A stretch of 64,000 nucleotides of DNA from an uncultured virus (IMG/VR IMGVR_UViG_3300042691_017862) (Duplodnaviria; Heunggongvirae; Uroviricota; Caudoviricetes), in the IMG/VR virus record IMGVR_UViG_3300042691_017862; one strand, written 5' to 3'. A program made the translations under genes and the position numbers. This document shows, in pieces, positions 8,014 through 18,849 of the stretch (position 1 is its first letter; each line of letters begins with the position of its first letter). The notes beneath the pieces were generated by a model. That model made no database searches, had not been told where the DNA came from, and saw nothing but the letters and a program-made list of their open reading frames with translations.

Positions 8014-9551
8014 TCATTCTTGTAACTATTGTCGCATTGATGCTATTCTTTTTCGAGGATATGATCAGACTAACAAAGCTATTAACACTAATAGCAATCG
8101 AAGTAACTAGATTCTTAATTGTTTATGGAACTTTACCAGCTATGTTTTATCTAGCTGTAAAAATGAAAGGGTAGAATATGAAAACACGAGTAGAATTCAC
8201 ATATGATCAGATCGACGTCATCGCAACGGCTTACGTACTATCGTCAGGATTAGTCACGAGACTAAACTTGTACTATCCAGAACTAGACGAAACGGATTAC
8301 CCAACAAGCAAAAAGTTGGTAGAGGATATTAAAGAAACTGCAGAGATTCTTTTGCTAGAAGAGAATTCTACACCGGAGGTAACTTTCTATGACTAGCTTT
8401 GACAAAGAATGGTTACTTTTACTATTAATCCCGCTTTTCTTTTTACAAATGAGCCGACCATCTATTTCAAAAGAGAAGCCCAATTGTTTTCCAGATTATA
8501 GGTATCCGTATGGATGCATGAGATTTGAAAAGCTACCTTAAAGGAGTATTATGATTGTAATTACTAAAATGAAAGACAATACATACAGCGTATCCAATGG
8601 TCAAGAACTAGTCAATGACCAGTCTAAGCAACTAGCAACGGCTAAATGCTTTTGGGAGTACGGAATTAGACGAGATATAATCGACAATGCTTTTAGTACA
8701 ATGGAGAAATACAAAAACGATATGATAGTATTCTTCAATGATTCAGAATATACAACAACAAAAGTTGACTATAGTAATGTATACAAATAACTATGTCAAA
8801 TCATTTTTTCGACAAAAGTCCGTATGTAAACTATCCTAGTAGAATCTCTAATAGCTTTGTATTACATCATCACAATAAATTATTACGAAATAGCTTGACT
8901 GAGACTTTGAAGGATGAGTATAATGGAAGAAGGACAAGGATATGTACGAGCAGTGTGCGAGTACATACAGTCTATCAAAGCTATTGGCTTACGACTGCTT
9001 GTAATTATTAGGCGTACTAGATCGGAATCGAGTACTTGATATAGATCGTAGCTATCAAATAGCTATGTAATAGAGGAGAAGACTATGACTACTTATAGAT
9101 GCTCAATGTGTAATAAACTAAAGTCAGCAAAGAACCTTGTGTATAAAAACTGGGAGTATGATAGGAAGCCAGAAGAAACAACGCTTGTTGGTATATGCAG
9201 AGGTTGTAATGCGACAATGAAAAAGCTTGACGTTGATAGTGTTTTGTATTTCCTAGAAATGCGTGGTGAAAGATGAGTCTATTTTATAATCTAATTGAAG
9301 ACGAAAAGAAGTACACAAAAGAGATGCGCGGCAAAACTGTATCCAGTACTGTATTTAATGACGACAATGATTTAGTCATTAGATTTACTGATAAGACAGA
9401 GTATGTTATCTGTGGTATCATGGAAAAAGGAGTAGTAGTCGTAAAAGCTATTACAGAACAGGAGATGTTATTTTAGAACTAATTATAGGACTTGTAATAT
9501 TAGGATTGACTTTAGGTGTATTAATTGAGAAGTTATTAAAAGGAGTTAAAG

Positions 9552-9989
9552 ATGAGTAAGAAGAAAGCTGTAACAAAGAAGCCTGTGACTAAAAAAGCAA
9601 CGACAAAGAAGGCTACTACTAAAAAGGTAACGCCAGTCACTTCTCTAAAGAAGAATCCAGTTGCTGAGATTACGATGACAGCAACACCATTGGACGAAGC
9701 AGCATTGCAAGCTAAGTATCAAGAATGCGGAGAAATTCTAGAGCAAGTTTACAATGCTATTACTTTGGCTTTGACTATTTCAAGCGAGTACGACCACAAA
9801 GAACCAATTGAGATTGTTCAGTATGCTTTAGACCAGTACAAAGAGTTTACGAGTCTCTCACCAGAAGAAGTAGCTACACTTCAAGCAGAGAGTGGCGATC
9901 TATTACGACAATTGGAAGAAGCATTTCCAGAACTTGAAATCACAGAGAAGCCTACTCAAAGTAAACCAAAGAAAGAGTTACTAAACTAA
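9552..9989 (+). CDS. Protein with histone-H1-like lysine-rich N-terminus and acidic C-terminal part
   Basis: KKAVTKKPVTKKATTKKATTKKVT repeats; AAGGAG SD. Confidence 0.65.
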   Translation: MSKKKAVTKKPVTKKATTKKATTKKVTPVTSLKKNPVAEITMTATPLDEAALQAKYQECGEILEQVYNAITLALTISSEYDHKEPIEIVQYALDQYKEFTSLSPEEVATLQAESGDLLRQLEEAFPELEITEKPTQSKPKKELLN

Positions 9990-10267
9990 TGAAAAAGGTT
10001 AAAGAAACTATCGTTAAAAAAACTGATGCAGTTCATCTAATGGGACTTGGTACGTCAGTTACTGGGACTTGTTCGGATAAAGTTGGAATGATTTATATTG
10101 GATCGTTAAAGAAACAACAGAAACTACGCACAAAAGTTCGTAACAAAAACATTGACGAAGATAGTATTGCAAGTTACATTTTATTCTGTAGTATTGAATC
10201 TGTGAATCAAATGATTGATAATTTGAACGAGATTAAAAAAGGAATGAAGAAGAAAAGGAAATAGATT

Positions 10268-10651
10268 ATGCTAGAACTCTTTACCATCATTGCAAATAAA
10301 GTTGGAGTCAATGTATCTATTCTCATTTCTATCTGTACAGTAGAAACAGGACTTAGAAACGTAAACAATTTCAACGACGCAAATGGTAGAGGAAGTCTAG
10401 GTATATGTCAAATGAGCGTAGATGCAGCAAGAGAAGTGCTACCACACGCAGATGGATTGGCATTACAACAAGTTCCGGTTAACGTAAAAGTAGCCGCGCT
10501 CTATTTAAAGAAGCTAGAGAAACGGTATACTTACTTTCCTCATTACATTGCTGCTTATAATATGGGACACGTAAAGCTAAATAGAGAAGGTAATCTAGTT
10601 AATCAGGCTTATGTGAATAAGGTGTTAGCTATTAGTAATACTTATGACTAG
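10268..10651 (+). CDS. Lytic transglycosylase (SLT domain)
   Basis: Catalytic E in VETG; GICQM; AAYNMG; YVNKV motifs. Confidence 0.85.
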   Translation: MLELFTIIANKVGVNVSILISICTVETGLRNVNNFNDANGRGSLGICQMSVDAAREVLPHADGLALQQVPVNVKVAALYLKKLEKRYTYFPHYIAAYNMGHVKLNREGNLVNQAYVNKVLAISNTYD

Positions 10652-11344
10652 AATCAAGTACACAAAGGTACAAGACTACATGGTATCTCAGAAGTTCCTT
10701 TGTAATAATAGGATGGTTCAAATAGTTTTGTATCCTGATAAGTTAAGATACGACATTGATACAGCAGAAGGAACGTTGAAAACTGGGATAGCAAATACAT
10801 TGACTTCTTTAAAGAAGAAAGCTAAATTAGCAGCTAGGGAACTTGGAGCTAGTTTCTTAGACGAAATTCGTAACAGAGGTAAAACGGAGAGGTTTAAAAT
10901 ATGACAACAGGTAAACTTTATAAGCATTCTAAATGTATTGATGTAGCTTTTTGTCCAGAACGTATTGAAGAACTCGGTGGTGGTTTTGTATGCACTGGTT
11001 ATTGGTGGCGTGTTGGTAATAACACAACACCTAAACTATTAGAACTTGATACAATAGCCATTGGAAATATGGACATTGATCAATGGGAATTGTATGAAGA
11101 ATAACAAGCAGCAAGTAGTTGATTGGCTCATTAATAATGATGAACTAGTACGCGACATCATTAGAAAGACTAATGAGCATATCAAGGACGTTGACAGAGA
11201 ATTCATGGACGAAGCTAAGGATCAACAAGTGGATGAGATTACTAGAAACTTGTCAGATGAAATAGGGAGAAATCTAGGGTTGACAGGCGAAGATTTAGTG
11301 GGTAATATAGATAAAGAGACTTTGAAAAAGTTTTTGGAGGTGCT

Positions 11345-11797
11345 ATGAAGTATAAAGTTGGAGATAAAGTACGAGTTAAGAGTGACTTACAAGTTGGAGA
11401 AACTTACGGTTCTAATACTTTTATTGAAAGTATGGCGAATCATTTTGGACAAGGGGCAATAATTACTGAGATTGATGAGGGTAATGGATATATGCTTGAT
11501 ATAGATGAAGCGTGTAGATATACAGAAGAAATGCTTGAAAAACCAATTCTTGCTGTAAATTATGATGGGAGTCTAAATTTAGACGCAAAAGAAGATCTAA
11601 TTAATAATCCAAAACATTACACAACAGGTGGAATCGAAACAATTGACTTCATCGAAGCTAAAAATCTAAACTTCAGACTAGCTAATGCAGTGAAGTATCT
11701 AACACGCGCTGAACATAAAGGCTCTAAGCTTTCTGATTTGAAAAAAGCTATTTGGTATATCCAAAGAGAGATTGATAAGAGCGAGAGTGCTGAATGA
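11345..11797 (+). CDS. DUF3310 (T7 gp1.7-like nucleotide kinase) domain protein
   Basis: INNPKHY..GGIETIDFI...NAVKYLTRA.HK...DLKKAIWYI. Confidence 0.85.
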   Translation: MKYKVGDKVRVKSDLQVGETYGSNTFIESMANHFGQGAIITEIDEGNGYMLDIDEACRYTEEMLEKPILAVNYDGSLNLDAKEDLINNPKHYTTGGIETIDFIEAKNLNFRLANAVKYLTRAEHKGSKLSDLKKAIWYIQREIDKSESAE

Positions 11798-12671
11798 GTA
11801 GTCACGAATCTAGTTGTGGTTATTGGGTGCTATTAATTTGTACTTGTGGTAAAAGAAAATGATTATTTTAAAAATTTTATATGGTATTTTTCTTGTATTA
11901 TTTTTTTGTGCCGTAATATCAGGAATTGATGATTTTGATTCAAATAAAGGTGTTCCAAAAAAGAAATCGAAGTGAAAAATGATTGACCTATTAATTACGT
12001 CATACAAAGCCCAATGTTCATGGGTAAGCCGTCGTATTCTTAATGAAAGAAAACGACTCGATTTTATCTGGACAGTAGACTTTATCCTACGAAAAGTAAA
12101 CGCAGGATTAGTAACACCAAAACAGGTACAAAAAAAGCTAGAAGATGTTCAAGACTTCTTAGGAAAGAATGAAGCGTTTGACATTTACAAAGAAACATAT
12201 GATAATCTAGAGAAGAGATTTGAGAATGGATACAGTAACTCAGATCCAATAGAGAGGATTGCATGAGACCACAAGACGAAGACTTTGAGAACGGCAGAAG
12301 CTACGGTATTGAAGAACTTACAAAGAAGCTAGAACAATATGCGTCTAATAGTAACGATAGTAGAATCATTGAGGTGATTTACAATGCTTTGTATCATGTT
12401 ACAAAGGATAAGAAATGAAGAAGACAAAGAAGATTCGACCACATAATATAGATGGTATTTACGTATTATCCAAAGATAAAAAACTATCACCATATAGTAG
12501 ATCAGATAATACTGTCATCGATGTTACGATGAAAGACATAGAACGAATCTATTTGTATTCTAAACAAAGAGAAAAAGAACTAAATAAAAAATACAAGACA
12601 AATCCATTAGGAATATTTGTTGTAAGACTAAGTGAAGATGTTCACTTTATTGTGGATAATCGGAGAAAGAA

Positions 12672-12848
12672 ATGAAAAAGCTATTACTTTTTTGTATGTT
12701 ATTAAGTGGATGCAATGAATATGAATCTACTTACGATGGCACTCGATGTCATAAAGCAATTGAGAATTATTGTGGAGTTCATATATGGCAATGTGAAAAT
12801 GGTAAAGAATATATTTGCGTCACAAATTTTGCCGGAGTTGAACAATGA
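12672..12848 (+). CDS. Small Cys-rich lipoprotein (58 aa)
   Basis: Hand-translated MKKLLLFCMLLSGC-NEY...; lipobox LSGC; ATGA overlaps at both ends. Confidence 0.7.
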   Translation: MKKLLLFCMLLSGCNEYESTYDGTRCHKAIENYCGVHIWQCENGKEYICVTNFAGVEQ

Positions 12849-13111
12849 TCAAGAAGAATATCCTTATTGCAATTACTACACTAGAAAACAAGTCAGAAGA
12901 AACTGTACTAGAACTCAAGTCTACTAACGATCGCACAGAGATTGTATTAGAGCCTAGACTTACAAAGCTAGTACTGAACATTGATGAGCTAAAAGATGCT
13001 ATTAAAGAGGTTGAGAACTTCTCTATTGCTAATCCTAGTGAAGCGCAAAAAAAGCAAGTTGAGGTAGTAGAAAATTCAATGATTGTTGAAATTGGTGTTG
13101 ACGACGAGTAG
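12845..13111 (+). CDS. Hypothetical protein
   Basis: ORF track; ATGA-coupled to upstream lipoprotein. Confidence 0.65.
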   Translation: MIKKNILIAITTLENKSEETVLELKSTNDRTEIVLEPRLTKLVLNIDELKDAIKEVENFSIANPSEAQKKQVEVVENSMIVEIGVDDE

Positions 13112-13126
13112 ATGATTTGATAGACT
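13098..13126 (+). promoter_or_regulatory. sigma70-type promoter upstream of structured RNA and nrdJ
   Basis: TTGACG-17 bp-TAGACT; predicted start coincides with the RNA closing stem at ~13132. Confidence 0.7.
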
Positions 13127-13131
13127 ATATA

Positions 13132-13274
13132 TGTGAAGAGTTGGCAAGCTGTGGCATTAGGTTCGTAGCGTATATAAGACCACTAGAAGCACACTATCTG
13201 CCCACCTAATAAAAGGTGTTAGAGGTTCCGTGCGGCAGACGTTGGGACACCAGATTCGCAATCTGCTCTTCACA
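13132..13274 (+). ncRNA. Structured tRNA-like RNA / 5' leader of nrdJ
   Basis: Closing stem TGTGAAGAG/CTCTTCACA; T-arm-like CAGA-TTCGCAA-TCTG stacked on it; internal stems CTGTGG/CCACTAG and TCTGCCCAC/GTGCGGCAGA. Confidence 0.65.
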
Positions 13275-13300
13275 AAATTTTACAACAAAGGAGAAACAAC

Positions 13301-15073
13301 ATGACATTTAAGCCAACAGGATTTTCTGAAACAATCTTCAAAGATAGATATGCTCTTACATCTTCAGAATCGTGGACAGAAGCTTGTCTTCGTATTGCTA
13401 GTCAAATGGCATTAGCGGAACCAGTGGAAAAACGCGCTCATTACGAATCTACATTCAATGAAATTCTAGTCAATAACCTATTCGTTCCGGGTGGTAGAAT
13501 CTGGTACAATTCCGGTCGTAACAATCCACAACTATTAAATTGTTTTGTATTAACTAATCAACTTGACTCTAAAGAAGGCTGGGGAGAAGTAGCAAAGCAA
13601 ATGATCGTTACTTCAATGACTGGTGGTGGATGCGGTATTGACTTCAGTGATGTAAGACCTCGCGGTGCTCTCATTGGTGATCAAAAGGGAGAATGCCCCG
13701 GCCCTGTAGAATTGATGCGCCTTGTTGATAATTGCGCAAAACCTGTACGAGCTGGTGGACAAAGACGAGTGGCTCTTATGTTTTCACTTGACGCTGATCA
13801 TCCAGACATTGAAGAATTCCTAGACGCAAAACTTACTAAAGGTGAACTTACTCATGCAAACGTATCTATCAGATTGAAGAATGCTAATAAGTTTCAGAAA
13901 GCAGTACAAGAAGACGGAGAATGGGAACTGAGCTGGAAAGGCAAATACAAAAAGACAATCAAAGCCAAAGATCTTTGGAACAAGATTGTTAAGAATGCCT
14001 ATAACAGTGCAGAACCCGGACTTCTTAATTGGGAGATGATTGAAAATGAAAGTAATATCGGATATATTGAAGAATTGGTCACAACTAACCCTTGCGGGGA
14101 AATTGCTCTTAGTTCTTATGACTGCTGTTGTCTTGGTCATGTTGTTCTCCCTCGATTCGTATCAAATTCAACGATCGACTATGCGAAACTTGCTGATACT
14201 GTACGGACTGGCGTTAGGTTTCTTGATAACGTACTTTCAGTTAATAGCTATCCTCTTCCGGAAATGAAAGAGAAGTCACACAAATTGCGCCGTATTGGAA
14301 TGGGCACAACTGGACTTGCTGATACACTAGCTATGCTTGGGCTAAAGTATGGTTCAGAAGAAGGTAACAAGTTTATCGACAAACTATACAAATTCATTGC
14401 TAAAGTTGCGTATGAATCTTCTGTAATGCTTGCTGTAGAAAAGGGAGCATTCCCAGCTTGTAAACCAGAGAAGCACATTGAATCAGGATTCATGAAAAGA
14501 ATGCCACATAAGATCCGCTCATTAGTTAAAGAACACGGTATTAGAAATTGCGCTATTCTTACACAAGCTCCTACTGGTACTGTATCTATTCTTAGTGGTA
14601 ATTGTTCTAGTGGTATTGAGCCAATGTTTAGCCCAGCATATGAACGCCGTTACTGGGACAAAGACGTTCGTAAAACAGAACTTGTATTTCATCCTTTGTT
14701 TGAAGAATTTATGAAGGATGGAAAAGATGTAACTCACTTTGTCGGAAGTCATAATATCTCAGTACAACAACATATGGAAGTACAAGCAATTGTGCAGAAG
14801 TGGGTAGACAACGCTGTATCTAAGACTATTAACATGGCTAATGATTACTCAATGGATGACATGGAAAAGCTTTGGTTAGAATATTTACCTAGACTTAAGG
14901 GTACTACGTTCTATAGAGATGGAACTAGAGGGTATGTAAGAGAAGACGGTACAGTGGAAGAACCACCATTAAAGTCCTTGACAATCGAAGATGCTATGGT
15001 AAAATTCAAAGAGAAGCATTCTACTGGGCTTGAGTTCGTGGACGATTGCCCCGGCGGTGTGTGCAGCCTGTAA
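13301..15073 (+). CDS. nrdJ: Class II (adenosylcobalamin-dependent) ribonucleotide reductase
   Basis: PGGR, LLNCFV, GGGCGIDFS, TNPCGEI, RRIGMG, APTGTVS, C-terminal CPGGVC; no adjacent beta subunit gene. Confidence 0.9.
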   Translation: MTFKPTGFSETIFKDRYALTSSESWTEACLRIASQMALAEPVEKRAHYESTFNEILVNNLFVPGGRIWYNSGRNNPQLLNCFVLTNQLDSKEGWGEVAKQMIVTSMTGGGCGIDFSDVRPRGALIGDQKGECPGPVELMRLVDNCAKPVRAGGQRRVALMFSLDADHPDIEEFLDAKLTKGELTHANVSIRLKNANKFQKAVQEDGEWELSWKGKYKKTIKAKDLWNKIVKNAYNSAEPGLLNWEMIENESNIGYIEELVTTNPCGEIALSSYDCCCLGHVVLPRFVSNSTIDYAKLADTVRTGVRFLDNVLSVNSYPLPEMKEKSHKLRRIGMGTTGLADTLAMLGLKYGSEEGNKFIDKLYKFIAKVAYESSVMLAVEKGAFPACKPEKHIESGFMKRMPHKIRSLVKEHGIRNCAILTQAPTGTVSILSGNCSSGIEPMFSPAYERRYWDKDVRKTELVFHPLFEEFMKDGKDVTHFVGSHNISVQQHMEVQAIVQKWVDNAVSKTINMANDYSMDDMEKLWLEYLPRLKGTTFYRDGTRGYVREDGTVEEPPLKSLTIEDAMVKFKEKHSTGLEFVDDCPGGVCSL

Positions 15074-15087
15074 CAAAGGAGAATTTT

Positions 15088-15462
15088 ATTACAAGAATCA
15101 ACGTAGTCCCTACCGCAGAACTTACGACCAAACATTTAGTAGCTGAGTACAGAGAAATCACAAGACTTCCAAACAATTTACGTCAATCCCTATCTCGTGC
15201 AAAACCTTTTAGTATGTCAGAAATTCCTACTACCTATGTATTAGGAACCGGACACGTAAAGTTCTTCTACGATAAAATGCTATTTCTACAACGTCGCTTT
15301 GAAGATCTAGTTAACGAAATGTTATCTAGAGGATACAACCCTACATACAGAGATAGTAGTATCTTCATTCCAGAAAACAAGGTATTCTACAATGACTATG
15401 TTCCAACAGAAGAAGCAATGAGACTTAATAGAGCGCGTATTAGTGAAAGGTTGGGATTATGA
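15088..15462 (+). CDS. denV: Pyrimidine-dimer DNA glycosylase (T4 endonuclease V family), probable ATT start
   Basis: TRINV...ELTTKHLVAEYREITR, YVLGTGHVKFFYDK, EMLSRGY; AAGGAG SD 6 nt before ATT at 15088. Confidence 0.9.
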   Translation: MTRINVVPTAELTTKHLVAEYREITRLPNNLRQSLSRAKPFSMSEIPTTYVLGTGHVKFFYDKMLFLQRRFEDLVNEMLSRGYNPTYRDSSIFIPENKVFYNDYVPTEEAMRLNRARISERLGL

Positions 15463-15875
15463 AAGTAAAGATTAAAAAGCTACATCAAGACGCTGTTATT
15501 CCTAGCTATGCAAAGAAAGGCGATGCTGGACTTGACCTAGTAGCTGTAAGTGTGCTATACAAGCACGATCAAGTTGTATATGATACAGGATTAGCATTTG
15601 AAATACCAGAAGGTCATGTTGGTCTATTATTCCCACGTAGTTCTATTTGTAAAAAGTCCTTAACACTTAGTAACTCAGTAGGAGTATTGGACTCTGGTTA
15701 CCGAGGTTCTGTTAAGTTTGTATTCAATGTTTATTCAAAAGGTGATATATATGGAATAGGAGAACGAGTTGGGCAGCTTTTGATTGTACCATATCCAACG
15801 ATTGAACTAGAGCAAGTTGATGAACTAGACGAAACAGAGCGCGGCTCCGGCGGTTTTGGAAGTAGTGGGAAATGA
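15459..15875 (+). CDS. dut: Trimeric dUTPase
   Basis: AGLDL, PRSS, GVLDSGYRG, GQL, RGSGGFGSSG motifs. Confidence 0.95.
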   Translation: MKVKIKKLHQDAVIPSYAKKGDAGLDLVAVSVLYKHDQVVYDTGLAFEIPEGHVGLLFPRSSICKKSLTLSNSVGVLDSGYRGSVKFVFNVYSKGDIYGIGERVGQLLIVPYPTIELEQVDELDETERGSGGFGSSGK

Positions 15876-16150
15876 AGCACGTATCTTGTAACAAGTGCAA
15901 GTGGGTTCACTTTGAAGTAAGTCTAGACTACTGTAAAAAATGGGAAGACGAATGGAAAACCTATTACAAGAACCTAAATGCAGAAGGTAAAAAAGCATAC
16001 GGATTAAAATCAGCACCTAAAATAGAAGACGAATACTTAAACTGTAGTCGTTGTAATAATACGTATACAGACTTCCACGATAGTACAGATGACGAAGTAC
16101 CTAATGGAAGTACTATTGGACCAATTCTAAATAGACAAGAAAGTCTTTGA
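15872..16150 (+). CDS. Hypothetical zinc-binding protein
   Basis: CNKC and CSRC pairs. Confidence 0.6.
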   Translation: MKHVSCNKCKWVHFEVSLDYCKKWEDEWKTYYKNLNAEGKKAYGLKSAPKIEDEYLNCSRCNNTYTDFHDSTDDEVPNGSTIGPILNRQESL

Positions 16151-16175
16151 CATCCTATTTCTTTTGTATTATCCT
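16147..16175 (+). promoter_or_regulatory. sigma70-type promoter
   Basis: TTGACA-17 bp-TATCCT. Confidence 0.6.
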
Positions 16176-16192
16176 ATTAACGAGGTGATGAT

Positions 16193-16825
16193 ATGAAACT
16201 TTTTGTTGGTGATGAAGTAGAGATTATTGGTGATCATTATTTTGCCTATCCAAAAGGAACCCGTGGTAAAGTTACTGGCGTAAATAACGGACATTATGGC
16301 ATTGCTTTTAATAATTCAAATATATCCCAATCATTAAATAAAATTGATGCAAAAAATGAAGTATATCTTATTAATAGAACATTTCATCTTAATGATCGGA
16401 TTTTGTATACTGGTAACGACCCAAGATTTAACGGTCTTGTTGGTACTATAATGTCATGTGGAATGCGTGATTGCGTTGTATGTTTTGATGTGCTTACTTC
16501 TGTTTCTGTTGTTCAAAACATTGAGTTGGAAAAAGTGATGGCTCCATCTCAACAAAGCCAAACTCCTCTACACACGTATAATGGAGCCAGCGGTATAATT
16601 GGTACAGCTCAACAAGCAATACAAACAGCACAACAATACTATACTAATAATGGAGTTGTTACTCTTACTCCTGATTATTCAGGAGAAGTTACTTTTAGTA
16701 CTGGTAGTGTCCTTAAAGAAGTTGGATGTCAACATGAATGGCGAGACTACATCGGTCTAAGTAAACGCATGGATATATGTACAAAATGTCCAGCTTCTAA
16801 AAACGAGCGCGGTATTTATGATTAA
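16193..16825 (+). CDS. Hypothetical protein with two KOW/SH3-like repeats
   Basis: VGDEVEI...G.RGKV and LNDRI...GLVGTI repeats; GAGGTG SD. Confidence 0.55.
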   Translation: MKLFVGDEVEIIGDHYFAYPKGTRGKVTGVNNGHYGIAFNNSNISQSLNKIDAKNEVYLINRTFHLNDRILYTGNDPRFNGLVGTIMSCGMRDCVVCFDVLTSVSVVQNIELEKVMAPSQQSQTPLHTYNGASGIIGTAQQAIQTAQQYYTNNGVVTLTPDYSGEVTFSTGSVLKEVGCQHEWRDYIGLSKRMDICTKCPASKNERGIYD

Positions 16826-17477
16826 TGTAGAAAAATTGGATCAAGAAGAATTCGATAAGGTTATAAAACAAATTGAAAATATGACCTGTTCTATTTGTCG
16901 TGTTCCAGAACATTCACAACACAAGTTTGATCTAGTATATTTTAAAGATGGAGAAATTATAGCAGTAACAAATAAAGAATGTGAAGGAATGTTTGATAGA
17001 GCGTTTCGTGGGACATTTTGTAAGGAAGATTAACATGGAAAAAGAATACACAATCAACGGACGAGTCTACCGCTTAGTCGAGGAAGAAAAGAAACCTGAT
17101 AGACTGATTGGGTGGATATGCAGAGCAGAGTTTATCGAGGATGCAAATGCGTATATTACAAAGCCAAAGGCAATGAACGACGACACTCGCATGATTGAGA
17201 TTAGAGAAGGCGAAGTGATCGTTAGTAAAGAAAGTATTAGAAAAGCGTGGCTTGGCTGTATCGATGTTCACGGAACACCATATACACAGTATCAAATGTT
17301 TTTAAAATTGTTAGAAATTTGACATGAAAAAAGAAACCGGATATTGTACAAAATGCGAAAAGGAAGTCCCTCTCATTAAAAAGTTTGGTGGAATGATTTG
17401 TTCAATATGTCGGAGAATTTGTAGAAAATGAACGAAGTAATTATTGTAATACTATATTGGCTTGGAGAGACTTTTGG

Positions 17478-17918
17478 ATGAGATATCTAATAGCTTTTTG
17501 TATACTATTATCAGGCTGTGCTGATGACCGCAAGCATATCTTAGAAATTGAACCACAGTACAAAAAATACGTAACGCTATTCGAAGACGAGTCTATAAAC
17601 TTTGGTAACCCTATTAAAATTAATCATTTAATTATTAGAACTGTATCAAAACTAGATGACCATGTATTAGCTAATTGTGTACAACTTTATGCTCAACCAC
17701 CAACTATTAACGTAAGCTTACAATACTGGAGATATCTCAGCGAAACAGAAAAGGAAATGCTTCTTTTCCATGAAATGGGACATTGCGTTTTACACAAGAG
17801 ACATAACGACGACATGGAAAACGGTGTTTATAAGAGCATTATGACGACCTATATATTTGGTCCAGACGTTTATCTATTATACCGACCCCAATATCTTTCC
17901 GAACTTTTTCAAAAATAG
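17478..17918 (+). CDS. Lipoprotein zinc metallopeptidase (HEXXH)
   Basis: Signal MRYLIAFCILLSGC; FHEMGHCVLHKRH; SIM Met-turn-like motif. Confidence 0.75.
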   Translation: MRYLIAFCILLSGCADDRKHILEIEPQYKKYVTLFEDESINFGNPIKINHLIIRTVSKLDDHVLANCVQLYAQPPTINVSLQYWRYLSETEKEMLLFHEMGHCVLHKRHNDDMENGVYKSIMTTYIFGPDVYLLYRPQYLSELFQK

Positions 17919-17921
17919 TTC

Positions 17922-17950
17922 TTGACAAGATACAAACAATCATTCATACT
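17922..17950 (+). promoter_or_regulatory. sigma70-type promoter
   Basis: TTGACA-17 bp-CATACT, intergenic. Confidence 0.7.
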
Positions 17951-17970
17951 TTTAATAGAAGGAATCCTAC

Positions 17971-18846
17971 ATGAATCTTAATAAAATTTTAGCTGCTACT
18001 CTCGTCCTATCAATTGGTGCATTAACTGTCACAAATCTACGAAAAACACGAACTACAGATCAAGAACTTGCTGAAACTACAGCAAAAATCACAAACTTTG
18101 CTGGTAACAGCGGAGGAACAGGTGTTGTATTAGAAAGTGGCCCAACTGCTTCGTATGTTCTAACAAACGCACACGTGTGTGGCGTTGTAAAATACGGCGG
18201 TCTTGTTACTACAGATGCTAAACAAGCTTCTGTAACATCTTATAAACTATCAGAAATTCACGATCTTTGTTTGATTACTACAAACGTTGATCTAGGTATT
18301 AACACCGAAGTGGCAACTGATGCACCTAGTGTGTATAGTGCAGCAATTGTATCTGGACATCCAGCTTTATTACCAACTATTATTACTCGCGGAATGTTTT
18401 CTGGTAAAGAAATCATTGATATTTTTACGGGTATGAGAGAATGTACTGAACAAGATCACGAAAATGGTCTAGGAATGATCTGTGCCTTTTTAGGTGGCTT
18501 TCCAGTAATTCGAACGTACCAATCTCAAGTAATTTCAGCTACTATTCAGCCGGGATCAAGTGGATCTGCTGTCTTTAACGAAAAGGGACAAATCTCAGGT
18601 CTTGTATTTGCAGGTTCTGGAGCACTTTCTTATGGACACATTGTACCATTAGAATACGTAAATAATTTCCTAGATAATGAATTAACTACATTGAAAGATC
18701 AAAGACCACTTGATGATAGTGTAAGAAAAGTCATGCAAACTCCAGAAACAAAACTTAAAACAACTTGTAAAGAAACATCGAGTTTAGAATACGAAATTGT
18801 AAAAGATTTCTGTAAGTACGTTAATAAAGACGCTATCTACGAATAA
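17971..18846 (+). CDS. Trypsin-like serine protease with N-terminal signal/anchor
   Basis: TNAHV (His), HDLC (Asp), PGSSGS (Ser). Confidence 0.85.
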   Translation: MNLNKILAATLVLSIGALTVTNLRKTRTTDQELAETTAKITNFAGNSGGTGVVLESGPTASYVLTNAHVCGVVKYGGLVTTDAKQASVTSYKLSEIHDLCLITTNVDLGINTEVATDAPSVYSAAIVSGHPALLPTIITRGMFSGKEIIDIFTGMRECTEQDHENGLGMICAFLGGFPVIRTYQSQVISATIQPGSSGSAVFNEKGQISGLVFAGSGALSYGHIVPLEYVNNFLDNELTTLKDQRPLDDSVRKVMQTPETKLKTTCKETSSLEYEIVKDFCKYVNKDAIYE

Positions 18847-18849
18847 CAC

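Noticed and set aside
12706..12927. 73-aa ORF in the track
   Set aside because: The alternative frame 12672..12848 has an SD, a lipobox and ATGA coupling on both sides
13132..13274. Canonical cobalamin riboswitch
   Set aside because: The context fits, but I could not find the conserved GGGAA and B12-box (GCCACTG...GGGAAG) elements; kept as an unknown structured RNA
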